Assembly (NCBI GenBank): GCA_015062395.1
Contig: SUUS01000004.1
Span: 18,943-82,942 of the forward strand
Length of the DNA stretch: 64,000 bases
DNA from: Alphaproteobacteria bacterium
Lineage (GTDB): Bacteria > Pseudomonadota > Alphaproteobacteria > CAAHEQ01 > UBA3637
Direction of reading: 5' to 3'
The notes below the pieces were generated by a model. It was not told the origin of the DNA and ran no database searches. It saw only the letters and a list, made by a program, of their open reading frames with translations. A program made the position numbers and the translations under genes. Shown piece after piece: positions 27,314-37,959 of this stretch. The number at the start of each line of letters is the position of its first letter. Position 1 is the first letter of the stretch.

Positions 27314-28615
27314 TTATTCTGTTGTAGTGGTTCTGGTACGCGATGTTGGTTCATTTTGTCTGACACAAAATTTATGAACAACAGCTTCTTTAACAGCTCC
27401 TGACAGTGTGACAAACGTTGAATCTGCAGATTTTTCCACAGAAAAAGTCGTTTCGGTTGTCGCATTGGATACAAATTTCGTTGGAATGATTGTAATACCT
27501 TTATTGTACCCCGTTGGACATGTCCATTCATCTAAACCTTTTGAATCAGTAATCGTTTCAACATCCACTAAACTCCATTTTGGTAAAACTTCACTTAATT
27601 TAGCACCACCCAAAGACATTAACTTTATGTCATGCATAACAGATGTGTATGATGGGTCTAATTGATAACGCGCAACGCATGCTGTTCCTGTCCATGCGCA
27701 TCCTGCTGTTTGCTCACAGGTTGAAGCATTCGTTCCAGTGCAAGATGCACTATTATGGTTTTCACCGACGATTGGACCATCTATATGTAATTGCCCTGCA
27801 ATACGTACTTTACCCGTTGATGTATTGACCTCAAAAAAAGGCGTACAGCCAGTTTTAACAGTTACGGAATTAGTACCATAATTGGTTATGCAGTCATCGC
27901 TGTCAACGGTTAAAAGGTTTTTAAAACCTGCTGTTAGACCCGTTACTGTATCGGCTTGCGCCGTTTGTGCTTTTAAATGTTGCCATCTGATATCTTTCAG
28001 AATCGAAGAATTGGTGGCTTCTTCAAAGGCTGTTATAGCTGCGACTGCATTTACTGGAACTCCATCAAAGTCCCACTCCCAAGCTCCTTGCATTCCTTTT
28101 AGTGTTTCTGTCGTTCCTACACCACCTTCAAGTCCGATTAAGGCTGCAATTTTTGCCGCACGTCTCAAAGTTAAGGGTTGTGTTCCGTCTTGTTGATGTG
28201 CAATACCATAAATAACTGGACGATAGGTCGTATCAGAGACTGGGACAGTATAACCACAAATAACCAGCGCATAATCATCCAGAATTTCTGGATTTCCAGC
28301 AAAAAAATCCATTATATCATCGGTTGAAAAATCATAACATTCTTGTTTTTCTTGGGTTATACTTTGATAGTTTTCGTTTTCATCGTCATATAAGCCCAAT
28401 TCTTTCGATAGAATTAATTCATTTGCTTGGATATATGCAGCTAATCCATCTTTTACTGCACGTATTTCTGTGGCAATTTGCGTGTCAATAATGTCTTCAT
28501 TTCTGCGTCTGATTTGTTGAAACAAAATTGGTGTTATCAATGCAATTAAGCCAATAACAGCAACCATTTCAATCATTAAAGAACCTGTTTGTTTTTTCTT
28601 TACATTTTGACGCAT
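27314..28615 (-). CDS. Type-IV-pilin-like protein with a large C-terminal domain (minor-pilin or pseudopilin-like)
   Basis: 433 aa. N-terminus MRQNVKKKQTG|SLMIEMVAVIGLIALITPILF carries the class III signal motif (Glu at +5). The C-terminal ~380 aa are Thr/Gly/Cys-containing with no recognised domain. Confidence 0.6.
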   Translation of the reverse strand: MRQNVKKKQTGSLMIEMVAVIGLIALITPILFQQIRRRNEDIIDTQIATEIRAVKDGLAAYIQANELILSKELGLYDDENENYQSITQEKQECYDFSTDDIMDFFAGNPEILDDYALVICGYTVPVSDTTYRPVIYGIAHQQDGTQPLTLRRAAKIAALIGLEGGVGTTETLKGMQGAWEWDFDGVPVNAVAAITAFEEATNSSILKDIRWQHLKAQTAQADTVTGLTAGFKNLLTVDSDDCITNYGTNSVTVKTGCTPFFEVNTSTGKVRIAGQLHIDGPIVGENHNSASCTGTNASTCEQTAGCAWTGTACVARYQLDPSYTSVMHDIKLMSLGGAKLSEVLPKWSLVDVETITDSKGLDEWTCPTGYNKGITIIPTKFVSNATTETTFSVEKSADSTFVTLSGAVKEAVVHKFCVRQNEPTSRTRTTTTE

Positions 28616-28632
28616 GATAAATTCTTCCTTTC

Positions 28633-29469
28633 TTATTTTTTAAGTGGTTTGATAATGCCACTTTGGCATATTGAGGTGTTGGCATTCCAATAACAACCTT
28701 GGTGTGCGTATTGTCCACAAGTTATATGATTGTGTTTTATGCAATTTGGATTATAAGCGACAGACAAACGCGAAATGCAAATTAAATACTCTTCATTCGT
28801 TTCATTTAAAATCTCATCCGTTAACGCTTTTGGTAAATTAACTGTTTTCATACGTGTGTTTGATAATGAATAATCAGCATTATTTGGGTCAAAATCACGA
28901 CCATCTTTTTGGCTGCGTTCTGCTAAAATACCACAGTATGTGGAAAGTTGAACGCCATCGCCACTGTTCGAATCGTCACGATATTCAATAAAACGCATTT
29001 TTTCACCCAACGCTCTGGGGGACAAGCTTGTTAAATACGTTCCATACATAGGATCTAAATCAGAAAAAGTTGTATATGTGACTAAAAAATCTGTTGTGCC
29101 ATAATCTTCAAAATCTTCATTGAATTGCCTTTTGGCACACGTATTTGTTTGCGATGCAGTTTCGTTATCAATGCAAATAATTGTTGAAATTGGAGGATTG
29201 TTCGTTTGAACCATGTTTGGCGATAAAAATTCACTGAATTCCATCTGACCCGATGCAACCCAGTCTTCATATTTCATTTTTCTGCTTCCATCTTCAGTCT
29301 CTGTGACCATAGAACCAGCTTGTAAAGCCGCGCTATGTTGGCTAATCAATTCTTGTACAACAATTTTAGCGTGTGGTATATCAATTTGGGAAACACCATC
29401 CGCTCTGGGGTAAAGCGAATAAAATAAAAGAGTCGCTAAAAAAGTCAGTGTTCCGAGTAAATAAAACAT
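28633..29469 (-). CDS. Hypothetical N-terminally anchored or secreted protein, co-oriented immediately upstream of the 433-aa pilin-like gene
   Basis: 278 aa. Hydrophobic N-terminus FYLLGTLTFLATLLFYSLY. AAGGA RBS. 17-nt gap to the next gene, suggesting an operon. Confidence 0.5.
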   Translation of the reverse strand: MFYLLGTLTFLATLLFYSLYPRADGVSQIDIPHAKIVVQELISQHSAALQAGSMVTETEDGSRKMKYEDWVASGQMEFSEFLSPNMVQTNNPPISTIICIDNETASQTNTCAKRQFNEDFEDYGTTDFLVTYTTFSDLDPMYGTYLTSLSPRALGEKMRFIEYRDDSNSGDGVQLSTYCGILAERSQKDGRDFDPNNADYSLSNTRMKTVNLPKALTDEILNETNEEYLICISRLSVAYNPNCIKHNHITCGQYAHQGCYWNANTSICQSGIIKPLKK

Positions 29470-29543
29470 AAAAAATCCTTAAATTTCTTTATTTTTTCAT
29501 TCTAAATAATTTTTTCTTTTTTTTCAAATAAAAAAATGTTTTT

Positions 29544-30215
29544 TTATAAAAAAGAATGTAAATAAAGCGCATTTTGTTTAAGCCAAGTTTTTGCTTTATG
29601 TGTTTGTCCCCCTAATTCTTTAACGTATAGCCAAAAATCTATGCTGTGGTTCATGTGTTTTAAATGTGCAACTTCATGAATAATAACATAGTCCAGTACA
29701 AATAAAGGAGCTAAACTTAAACGCCAACAAAAAGACAGGTTTCTTCCAGATGAACAGCTTCCCCAACGTGAAACGGTATCTTTTAAACTGATGTGATTAA
29801 TGTTGGTACAGGGAAGATTTTTTATTCTTTCCTGAATATAAAAAAGTGTTTGTTTTTTTATAAAATCTTTGACGCGTCGATGTAAATGCTCTGCATCTCC
29901 AGATACAACCAGAAGATTTCCCTGAATATGTGTTAATGTTTTTTTGTCAGAATGGAAAATTGTTAATTCTTTGCCTAAAACACAAATCTGCATGCCATTT
30001 TCAAATTTTTGTTTTGCAGGTATTGTTTTTAAGTGAGCCTTTAGCCAAACAATGTTTTTTTGAGCAAAACTTTTTGCAAAAATTAAAGGGCAAAGCCAAG
30101 GAATTGTCAGTTCGGGTAAGCCTGTTTTTGTGTTTATTTTTAAAGACAGATTTTTTTTCCCTTTTTTCCGAATAATGTCGATTTTTATTCCATCTATTTC
30201 TATAAATCGTCCCAT
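29544..30215 (-). CDS. YgjP/DUF45-family zinc-dependent hydrolase
   Basis: 223 aa. YVIIHEVAHLKHMNHS (HExxH) in the DUF45 family context. Confidence 0.7.
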   Translation of the reverse strand: MGRFIEIDGIKIDIIRKKGKKNLSLKINTKTGLPELTIPWLCPLIFAKSFAQKNIVWLKAHLKTIPAKQKFENGMQICVLGKELTIFHSDKKTLTHIQGNLLVVSGDAEHLHRRVKDFIKKQTLFYIQERIKNLPCTNINHISLKDTVSRWGSCSSGRNLSFCWRLSLAPLFVLDYVIIHEVAHLKHMNHSIDFWLYVKELGGQTHKAKTWLKQNALYLHSFL

Positions 30216-30640
30216 TTTACGATAAAATCCTTATAATTATCTGGAATGCAGTACTCAACGGCACGATTTTTAACGGAAATTCCAGATGTGTGAATGCTGT
30301 TTTTTTTGTTCGTAATCAATGGATGCCATGGAGGCAATGTTTTGTACTTTAGCAACCAAAGATATGCACATGTTTTTGGTAGCCACTTTTTGCATTTTTT
30401 TAAATTTTTAGGGGTTAATTTAATGCATTCGGGAACTGTATCCCACCTGTTTTGATAATCTTTACATTTTCCTGTACAGACATCCAGCAAAGGACAAGCT
30501 ATTTTGGTAAAATGTATAAAAATGGAACCGACTTTAATCAGACAGCATTTTCCACAACAATCGCAAATACTTTCCCATTCTTCGTCTGTCATTTGGGAAA
30601 GTTTTTTTGTTTTCCAAAAAGCCTCTTTTTTTTCTTGCAT
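30200..30640 (-). CDS. ycgN: UPF0260 family Cys-cluster protein (YcgN-like)
   Basis: EEWESICDCCGKCCLIKV..CPLLDVCTGKCKDYQNR motif block. The start was trimmed to MQEKKEAFWK (the ORF track extends to 30763). Confidence 0.7.
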   Translation of the reverse strand: MQEKKEAFWKTKKLSQMTDEEWESICDCCGKCCLIKVGSIFIHFTKIACPLLDVCTGKCKDYQNRWDTVPECIKLTPKNLKKCKKWLPKTCAYLWLLKYKTLPPWHPLITNKKNSIHTSGISVKNRAVEYCIPDNYKDFIVKWDDL

Positions 30641-30749
30641 AAAAAATATAATAAGTATTTTTTTGAAAAAATCAAATAATTTGAATAGACAATTACGAAA
30701 AAAAAGGTTATAATAAAAATATGTGAAAGAAGTTATAATAGGAGAAAAA

Positions 30750-30986
30750 ATGATACGTTTCATCTTTAGTATGTTATTCTATGGTTTCTTTTTAGGAATC
30801 TTGGCAATTGTTTGTATGTGGTTTTTTCTGGGGATGACTGTTCAAGAATCTATTAATTGGTTGATAGATAAAACTTCTCAAACACAGGAAATCGTTTCTG
30901 ACGGGGCTTCAGCAGTGGGGAGTACTGTTCGTTCTGTCAGCAATAATGTAGAACGTCAAATTGAACGTGTCGCTGAAAGTTTATAA
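30750..30986 (+). CDS. Small hypothetical membrane protein
   Basis: GGAG lies 7 nt upstream of ATG (MIRFIFSMLFYGFFLGILAIV..). One TM helix. Confidence 0.4.
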   Translation: MIRFIFSMLFYGFFLGILAIVCMWFFLGMTVQESINWLIDKTSQTQEIVSDGASAVGSTVRSVSNNVERQIERVAESL

Positions 30987-31492
30987 TGATTGAGGAAAAA
31001 GAAGAAAAAAATATACTGTACTATTTAAACCCTATTACATGGGGGCGTTTATGTATTTCGTATTTATTAACAGGCGCATTGATTCTTAATCATTTTTTCG
31101 TCTTTATTTTGATGGGGCTTATTATCTTGTTGGTCGCCTTTTTTTCTTATGACCGATATGCGTTAATGACATATGATGAGGATTATTCGTTGGCGTATTC
31201 ACATGGATTTTCTTCTACACGTAAGTATAATTCACCATTGGCTCGGGGCGATAAGTATTTGGCAAAAGAATTAAAAGCTTATTATACTTCAACAAGTCCG
31301 AAAAAACATTCTGAAAAATCTGGCAATAATCAGACAGGAGCGTTTGATGATAAATATGTCTTTCAGAAGTCACAACCTGTTTGGAACAGGAAAGAAACGG
31401 TTTCTCGTTCTTTTATTTATCAGGAAGTTCGCCAACGTTTGTTTAATATCGAAATAAATGTTATGCAAAATCAAAATAAAAAAGCAGAATAA
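30986..31492 (+). CDS. Hypothetical membrane protein
   Basis: 168 aa. TAATG overlap with the upstream ORF. Two TM helices. Confidence 0.45.
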   Translation: MIEEKEEKNILYYLNPITWGRLCISYLLTGALILNHFFVFILMGLIILLVAFFSYDRYALMTYDEDYSLAYSHGFSSTRKYNSPLARGDKYLAKELKAYYTSTSPKKHSEKSGNNQTGAFDDKYVFQKSQPVWNRKETVSRSFIYQEVRQRLFNIEINVMQNQNKKAE

Positions 31493-31537
31493 ATAAAACT
31501 TGTCTTTTTCTTCGAATATGCTAGGCTTGTTAAAAGC

Positions 31538-33388
31538 TTGATTGTAAAGGAGAATAAAATGCAAGAAAAAATCCCAGAACATTTTGATTTAGAACAGTTG
31601 GTTGTGGATGTCGTTTCTGCTGAAATGTTGGATGAAAAACAATCAGAACGTATCGTTTCTTTGTTAAGTAAAGCATTATCTGTTCACAAAATTATTTTGA
31701 ATGTGAAGATTGATAAATCATTAATAGCTGGTTTTAAATTGCAAATAGCATCTTGTTTTTTGGATTTTTCCTTGGATACAAAATTGCAAAAATTACAATC
31801 TTTTTTAGAAAATGTTGACTTTAATCAGCTTGAAAATTACGATTTTGATGCGCTGTTTGCCAAATGGAAAGAAAAGCAGAAATCAGAAAAAGTTATGCAA
31901 CGAATCGGGATTATTTCTTCAATCAAAGATGGCGTTGTTCGTATTAAAGGAATGAGGCAAGTTAAAGCTGGCGAATTGATTAAATTTTCGCACGATGCGC
32001 AAGGAATAGTTTTTACTTTAAATACAGATTATACAGATGTTGTTTTGCTTTCTGGTGCAGATGTTTTAAAAGAGGGGGATTTAGCATACCAAACAGGTGC
32101 AGTTGTTCAGGTTCCAATTGGAAAGGAATTAATCGGACGAGTCGTTGATGCTTTGGGTAATCCTTTGGATGGAAATGGTAAAATACAGACAAAACAACAA
32201 AAACCATTAGAAGCTTCAGTTCCAGGAATTATCGATAGACAACCTGTTTTTAAGTCTTTCCCAACAGGATTAAAGGTGGTTGATGCGTTGGTTCCTATCG
32301 GTTTGGGTCAGCGTGAATTAATCGTTGGAGACAGGCAAACAGGAAAAACATCTATTATCATTGATGCAATTTTAAATCAAAAACGCTTAAATGATGCTGC
32401 AAAACAAGAAAAAGATAAAATTTACTGCGTATATGTCTGCATTGGACAAAAACAATCTACGGTTGCTCAAGTTGTGAACGTGTTGAAAAATATGGGGGCT
32501 ATGGATTATACGTGTGTTGTTTGTGCTAATGCATCAGACCCTGCGTCGCAACAGTATTTGGCACCATTTACAGGAACAACGATTGCAGAATACTTTCGAG
32601 ACAATGGGATGAATGCCGTTGTTTTTTATGATGATTTATCGAAGCATGCGAATGCTTATCGGCAAATATCTTTGCTGTTGAGACGACCTCCTGGCCGAGA
32701 AGCTTATCCAGGGGATATTTTCTATTTACATTCTCGTTTGCTTGAACGAGCTGCTATGATGAGTGAGGAAAAAGGTGGTGGTTCTTTAACTGCAATACCC
32801 GTTGTTGAAACGCAAGAAGGCGATTTATCAGCCTATATCCCTACAAATGTAATTTCCATTACAGACGGTCAGATTTTTTTAGAAAGCGCTTTATTTCATC
32901 AAGGGGTAAGACCTGCTGTTAATGTTGGGTTGTCGGTGTCTCGAGTCGGTTCAAAGGCGCAAAGGCCATTACTTGCAAAATTATCAGGTTCTTTAAAATT
33001 GGAATTGGCTCAATATCGTGAAATGTTGTCCTTTTCTCAAATTGCTTCTGATTTGGATGCTTCTAGCCAAGAATTATTGCAAAAGGGCTTACGTATTACA
33101 GAGGTTTTAAAGCAGCGTGTTTATAAGCCCCTTTCTTTTGTTGATGAATATATTGCATTATATGCAGTTTTAAATGGCTTTTATGCAGGAATGGTTGCAC
33201 ATGATATTTTGGACTTTGAACCGATATTGTTGGAAAAAATACATTTAGATTACCCAGACATTATCGAAGAAATTGAAAATGCAAAAGGAACATTACCTTC
33301 GCATATTTTAAAAGCTTTAGATGACGCGATAAAAGAAGAAATAGCAGCTTTTATTGACGAAAAGACACGACAGGAACATTTGTCATGA
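31538..33388 (+). CDS. atpA: F1 ATP synthase: delta (OSCP) C-terminal-domain-like segment fused in frame to full-length alpha subunit
   Basis: 616 aa. Residues ~20-85 (VVDVVSAEMLDEKQ..NVKIDKSLIAGFKLQIAS..LDTKLQKL) align to the delta C-terminal domain. From ~120 onward a canonical alpha subunit follows (GIISSIKDGVVRIKG.., P-loop GDRQTGKT). AAGGAG lies 7 nt before ATG 31538. No stop codon separates the two parts. Confidence 0.8.
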   Translation: MIVKENKMQEKIPEHFDLEQLVVDVVSAEMLDEKQSERIVSLLSKALSVHKIILNVKIDKSLIAGFKLQIASCFLDFSLDTKLQKLQSFLENVDFNQLENYDFDALFAKWKEKQKSEKVMQRIGIISSIKDGVVRIKGMRQVKAGELIKFSHDAQGIVFTLNTDYTDVVLLSGADVLKEGDLAYQTGAVVQVPIGKELIGRVVDALGNPLDGNGKIQTKQQKPLEASVPGIIDRQPVFKSFPTGLKVVDALVPIGLGQRELIVGDRQTGKTSIIIDAILNQKRLNDAAKQEKDKIYCVYVCIGQKQSTVAQVVNVLKNMGAMDYTCVVCANASDPASQQYLAPFTGTTIAEYFRDNGMNAVVFYDDLSKHANAYRQISLLLRRPPGREAYPGDIFYLHSRLLERAAMMSEEKGGGSLTAIPVVETQEGDLSAYIPTNVISITDGQIFLESALFHQGVRPAVNVGLSVSRVGSKAQRPLLAKLSGSLKLELAQYREMLSFSQIASDLDASSQELLQKGLRITEVLKQRVYKPLSFVDEYIALYAVLNGFYAGMVAHDILDFEPILLEKIHLDYPDIIEEIENAKGTLPSHILKALDDAIKEEIAAFIDEKTRQEHLS

Positions 33389-34467
33389 GTGGTTTGAAAC
33401 AATTAAAAACGCAAATTAATACAGTTCAAACAACGATGAAAATTACATCGGCAATGCGAATGATATCTGTTTCTAACTTGCGTAAATCACATGGATTATT
33501 ACTGAATGCGTATCCTTATTTAGATGAAATTACCCGAATGCTTCGCAGATTGGTTCGTTCAGTTTCGTACAGACAAGAACAAAAATCTTTTCAAGCAGAA
33601 GAAAGTGATATTATTTTGCCAGCTTTACTAAAAGGAAAAGGTGAAGAAAAAAAGCATGTTGTTGTTTGTGTGACATCAGATGAAGGACTGTGTGGCCGAT
33701 TTAATTTTAGTGTTATCGATAAAACAACACAGGTAATTAAACATTTGCTTTCGCAAAAGCAACAGCATATTTCAATTGTGTGTATTGGAGCACGAGGGGG
33801 AGAGCTTTTATGTAAGAAATTTCCATCATTGCCTATTCACACGATACATCGAAAAGGGCATAAAGATATAGCTTTATTTTTAGAAGCAGAAAGAACTGCA
33901 ATGAATTTAATTGATAGCTTTTATCGTGATTTGTTTGACGTTTGTACAGTCGTGTACAGTGAATTTGAAAGTGCAGCAGTTCAGAAGATAAAAGTAGAAC
34001 AAATGATACCTCTTGAAACATTTCAACATCACGATATTTGGGATTTTATGAATGACAGCGAAGATCCTCATTATGTTAGGCGAGATGCATTAGGCCAAAA
34101 GCAAATCAAGCATACCGCAGCGCAATTGTTGAGCGCTATTGGGGGAAAGGATATTAAATCTCCATTAGGTTCTGTTGATGCAGATGCTTTATTAAAAGAA
34201 TCGACTCGCCTACCAGATAGCTATGATTATGAAGCGTCTGATTTGCAGATATTAGATTATATGTTGCCTTTGTTTGTTGAGGCGCATGTTTATAAAATTT
34301 TATTAAATTCGATGGCATCGGAAAGCGCAGCACGCATGATTGCGATGGAAGGTGCGTCAAAAAATGCAAAAGAAATGATGAAGGTATTTAATAAAAAATA
34401 TCATCGCAGACGTCAAGAGATGGTGACAAAAGATTTAACAGAAGTTATATCAGGTTCGATGAGTTAG
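33385..34467 (+). CDS. atpG: F1 ATP synthase gamma subunit (~70 residues longer than typical)
   Basis: N-terminal helix MSGLKQLKTQINTVQTTMKITSAMRMISVS.. and C-terminus ..ESAARMIAMEGASKNA..RQEMVTKDLTEVISG are gamma-typical. Extra sequence around residues 215-300. Confidence 0.85.
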   Translation: MSGLKQLKTQINTVQTTMKITSAMRMISVSNLRKSHGLLLNAYPYLDEITRMLRRLVRSVSYRQEQKSFQAEESDIILPALLKGKGEEKKHVVVCVTSDEGLCGRFNFSVIDKTTQVIKHLLSQKQQHISIVCIGARGGELLCKKFPSLPIHTIHRKGHKDIALFLEAERTAMNLIDSFYRDLFDVCTVVYSEFESAAVQKIKVEQMIPLETFQHHDIWDFMNDSEDPHYVRRDALGQKQIKHTAAQLLSAIGGKDIKSPLGSVDADALLKESTRLPDSYDYEASDLQILDYMLPLFVEAHVYKILLNSMASESAARMIAMEGASKNAKEMMKVFNKKYHRRRQEMVTKDLTEVISGSMS

Positions 34468-34479
34468 AGAAAGGACTAA

Positions 34480-35940
<1,461 letters not shown>

Positions 35941-36381
35941 ATGCCAGAAACATTAAAAGTTGATGGGAAAATGAATGTTCACATAATATCTCCGACAAAG
36001 TCGGTTTTGGATGGTGTTGCTGATAAAGTTTTATTGCCAACACCATATGGGAATATCATGATTTTAAAAGACCGAGCACCGTTGTTTACAGCTACATCAT
36101 CGGGAATTATGTGGGTGTATAATGAAGGTGTTAAGCCCGTTGCTTATTTTATTTCAGGTGGTATCGCTGAAATCAGACGCAATATCTGCTCTGTTTTAGC
36201 GTGGGGCGTAAAGGCTGATGAAATTAATAAAGAACGCTTGCATTCTTGGCGTTTGAATTTAGAAGGCGAATTACCTAAAATTCATTCAAAAATGCAAAAA
36301 AAGCAAGCATTAGAGCGAATCGATTTTTTAAAAATGTTGGAAACGCGTCCATCGTTATTAGTTCCTCCTGATTTTGAATAA
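35941..36381 (+). CDS. atpC: F1 ATP synthase epsilon subunit
   Basis: 146 aa. Position and size are right, with a beta-sandwich plus helical-tail pattern. Confidence 0.8.
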   Translation: MPETLKVDGKMNVHIISPTKSVLDGVADKVLLPTPYGNIMILKDRAPLFTATSSGIMWVYNEGVKPVAYFISGGIAEIRRNICSVLAWGVKADEINKERLHSWRLNLEGELPKIHSKMQKKQALERIDFLKMLETRPSLLVPPDFE

Positions 36382-36444
36382 GATTTTGATAAAGGAGGTA
36401 TTCTGAAGGGCGTTTGCCTGATGAATGTCTAAAAAGAATAAAAA

Positions 36445-36473
36445 AACGTCCTTGAAAAACAAGGACGTTTTGT
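36445..36473. terminator. Bidirectional rho-independent terminator (atpC and pilin A)
   Basis: Hairpin acgtccttg-aaaaa-caaggacgt with T/A runs on both sides. The identical hairpin recurs at 37335-37366. Confidence 0.65.
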
Positions 36474-36494
36474 AAAGATTTAATTTAAGCTAAA

Positions 36495-36911
36495 TTAAAT
36501 TTCGAATGTAAATACGATGACGCCTTCTCCTGCTCCAGCAGCAATTTGTGGGTTCGCATTTGCAGAGTTACGAGTTGTGATAGCTTCTGCAACAGCTGTA
36601 CCAAGATTCGGTGTTGTGAGTGTGAATTCATTATTGGCATTAACAGCACTAACTTGATAATCAACGGCATTTCCAATTGGAGCTGTATCTGTCATAAGAG
36701 CATTACAGGTTGTAGCGCCTAAATCAGCTGCAGCACCTGAACCACGTGTTTGAGCCAAAACACCACAACGGGATACATATTCCAAAACGCTGTTAGCGCG
36801 ATGACGGTTCATAGCCATTGTGTAACCAGCCAAACCACCGATTGACAAAACACCGATAATTGCCAATACACCCAACATTTCAATCATAGAACGACCATAT
36901 TCTTTTTTCAT
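36495..36911 (-). CDS. Type IV pilin (major-pilin-like), paralogue A
   Basis: 138 aa. MKKEYG|RSMIEMLGVLAIIGVLSIGGLAGY.. has a short basic leader, a Gly cleavage site and Glu at +5. Two Cys in the C-terminal half. Confidence 0.8.
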   Translation of the reverse strand: MKKEYGRSMIEMLGVLAIIGVLSIGGLAGYTMAMNRHRANSVLEYVSRCGVLAQTRGSGAAADLGATTCNALMTDTAPIGNAVDYQVSAVNANNEFTLTTPNLGTAVAEAITTRNSANANPQIAAGAGEGVIVFTFEI

Positions 36912-37100
36912 TTTTTATTCCTTTTTTTATTAGGTTAATAACCATTTTAAAATTTATCGCAGAGCATTTTATAAAGCAAGAAAAATATCATTACAAAATG
37001 CAAAGTTATTTTTCTCGAAAATCAGAATAAAACAAAATTTATTAATAGTTTGTAAAAAATAAAAATTTTTATTTTTTTAGTTGTTTTCTTTTTTTTTGTA
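36912..37100 (-). promoter_or_regulatory. Conserved pilin 5' region (putative promoter, TTGCTT-17-TAAATT) shared with paralogue B
   Basis: ~85% identical to 37797-37959, including the RBS region. Confidence 0.4.
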
Positions 37101-37176
37101 GTATTTCGAATGTAGTTGGCTCAAAGAAATTGTTGTTGCTAAATGCATAGTTTTTTGTACGTACTCATTACCACAA

Positions 37177-37320
37177 TTCAGGAGATCTTTCGCATACGCT
37201 CAAGATGACGTGGAGGTATAATACGTCATTCTGAAGGGGGTAGCCCGAAGAATCTCTGGAGGCAGTACCTTAATTCAAGAGATCCTTCACATCCGTTCAG
37301 GATGACGTACATGCATGACG
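37177..37320. repeat. Palindromic repeat element, copy 2 (opposite orientation to copy 1), between the two pilin paralogues
   Basis: Core 37223-37259 acgtcattctgaagggggtagcccgaagaatctctgg is the reverse complement of 4660-4697. It is flanked by ~35-bp direct repeats ttcaRgagatcYttc.cat.cgYtcaRgatgacgt (37177-37211 and 37277-37311), which are related to the copy-1 terminal repeats. Confidence 0.55.
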
Positions 37321-37334
37321 CAAAAGGATGAAAA

Positions 37335-37366
37335 AAACGTCCTTGAAAAACAAGGACGTTTTGTGA
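37335..37366 (-). terminator. Rho-independent terminator of pilin paralogue B (identical to the one after paralogue A)
   Basis: aaacgtccttg-aaaaa-caaggacgtttt. Confidence 0.65.
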
Positions 37367-37385
37367 AGATTTAATTTAAGCTAAA

Positions 37386-37796
37386 TTAAATTCCGAATGT
37401 AAATTGAACAGCGTCATCACCACTAGCAGCAATTTGTGGGTTCGCATTTGCAGAGTTACGAGCAACGATTGCTTCTGCAATGGATTCTCCAATAGCTGGT
37501 GTTGTAATTGTGAATTCATCATCAGCAGCTGCGCCAACGACGTACTCTGCAGCTGCACCAATTGGAGCTGTATCTGTCATAAGAGCACCACAGGTTGTAG
37601 CAGTTAAATCATCTGCAGCACCTGAACCACGTGTTTGAGCCAAAACAGCACAACGGGATACATATTCCATAACGGAGTTAGCGCGATGACGGTTCATAGC
37701 CATTGTGTAACCAGCCAAACCACCGATTGACAAAACACCGATAATTGCCAATACACCCAACATTTCAATCATAGAACGACCATATTCTTTTTTCAT
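37386..37796 (-). CDS. Type IV pilin, paralogue B
   Basis: 136 aa. The first ~60 aa are nearly identical to paralogue A. The C-terminal half has diverged (AEYVVGAAADDEFTITTPAIGESIAEAIVARNSANANPQIAASGDDAVQFTFGI). Confidence 0.8.
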   Translation of the reverse strand: MKKEYGRSMIEMLGVLAIIGVLSIGGLAGYTMAMNRHRANSVMEYVSRCAVLAQTRGSGAADDLTATTCGALMTDTAPIGAAAEYVVGAAADDEFTITTPAIGESIAEAIVARNSANANPQIAASGDDAVQFTFGI

Positions 37797-37959
37797 TTTT
37801 TTTATTCCTTTTTTTGTTATAGGTTAATAACCATTTTAAAATTTATCACAGTGCATTTTACAATGCAAGAAAAATATCATCACAAAATGCAAAGTTATTT
37901 TCCTCGTAAATCAGGATAAAGCGAAATTTATTAACAATGTGTAAATAAAATAAAAATTT
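37797..37959 (-). promoter_or_regulatory. Conserved pilin 5' region of paralogue B
   Basis: Duplicate of 36912-37100. Confidence 0.4.

Noticed and set aside
31538-31880. The idea that the 616-aa atp ORF is merely the ORF-caller extending alpha upstream to a chance ATG
   Set aside because: The extension is not random. It aligns residue-by-residue with the delta C-terminal domain and has a strong RBS. I therefore kept it as a genuine delta'-alpha in-frame arrangement, reported as a finding, while noting that a sequencing error is still possible.
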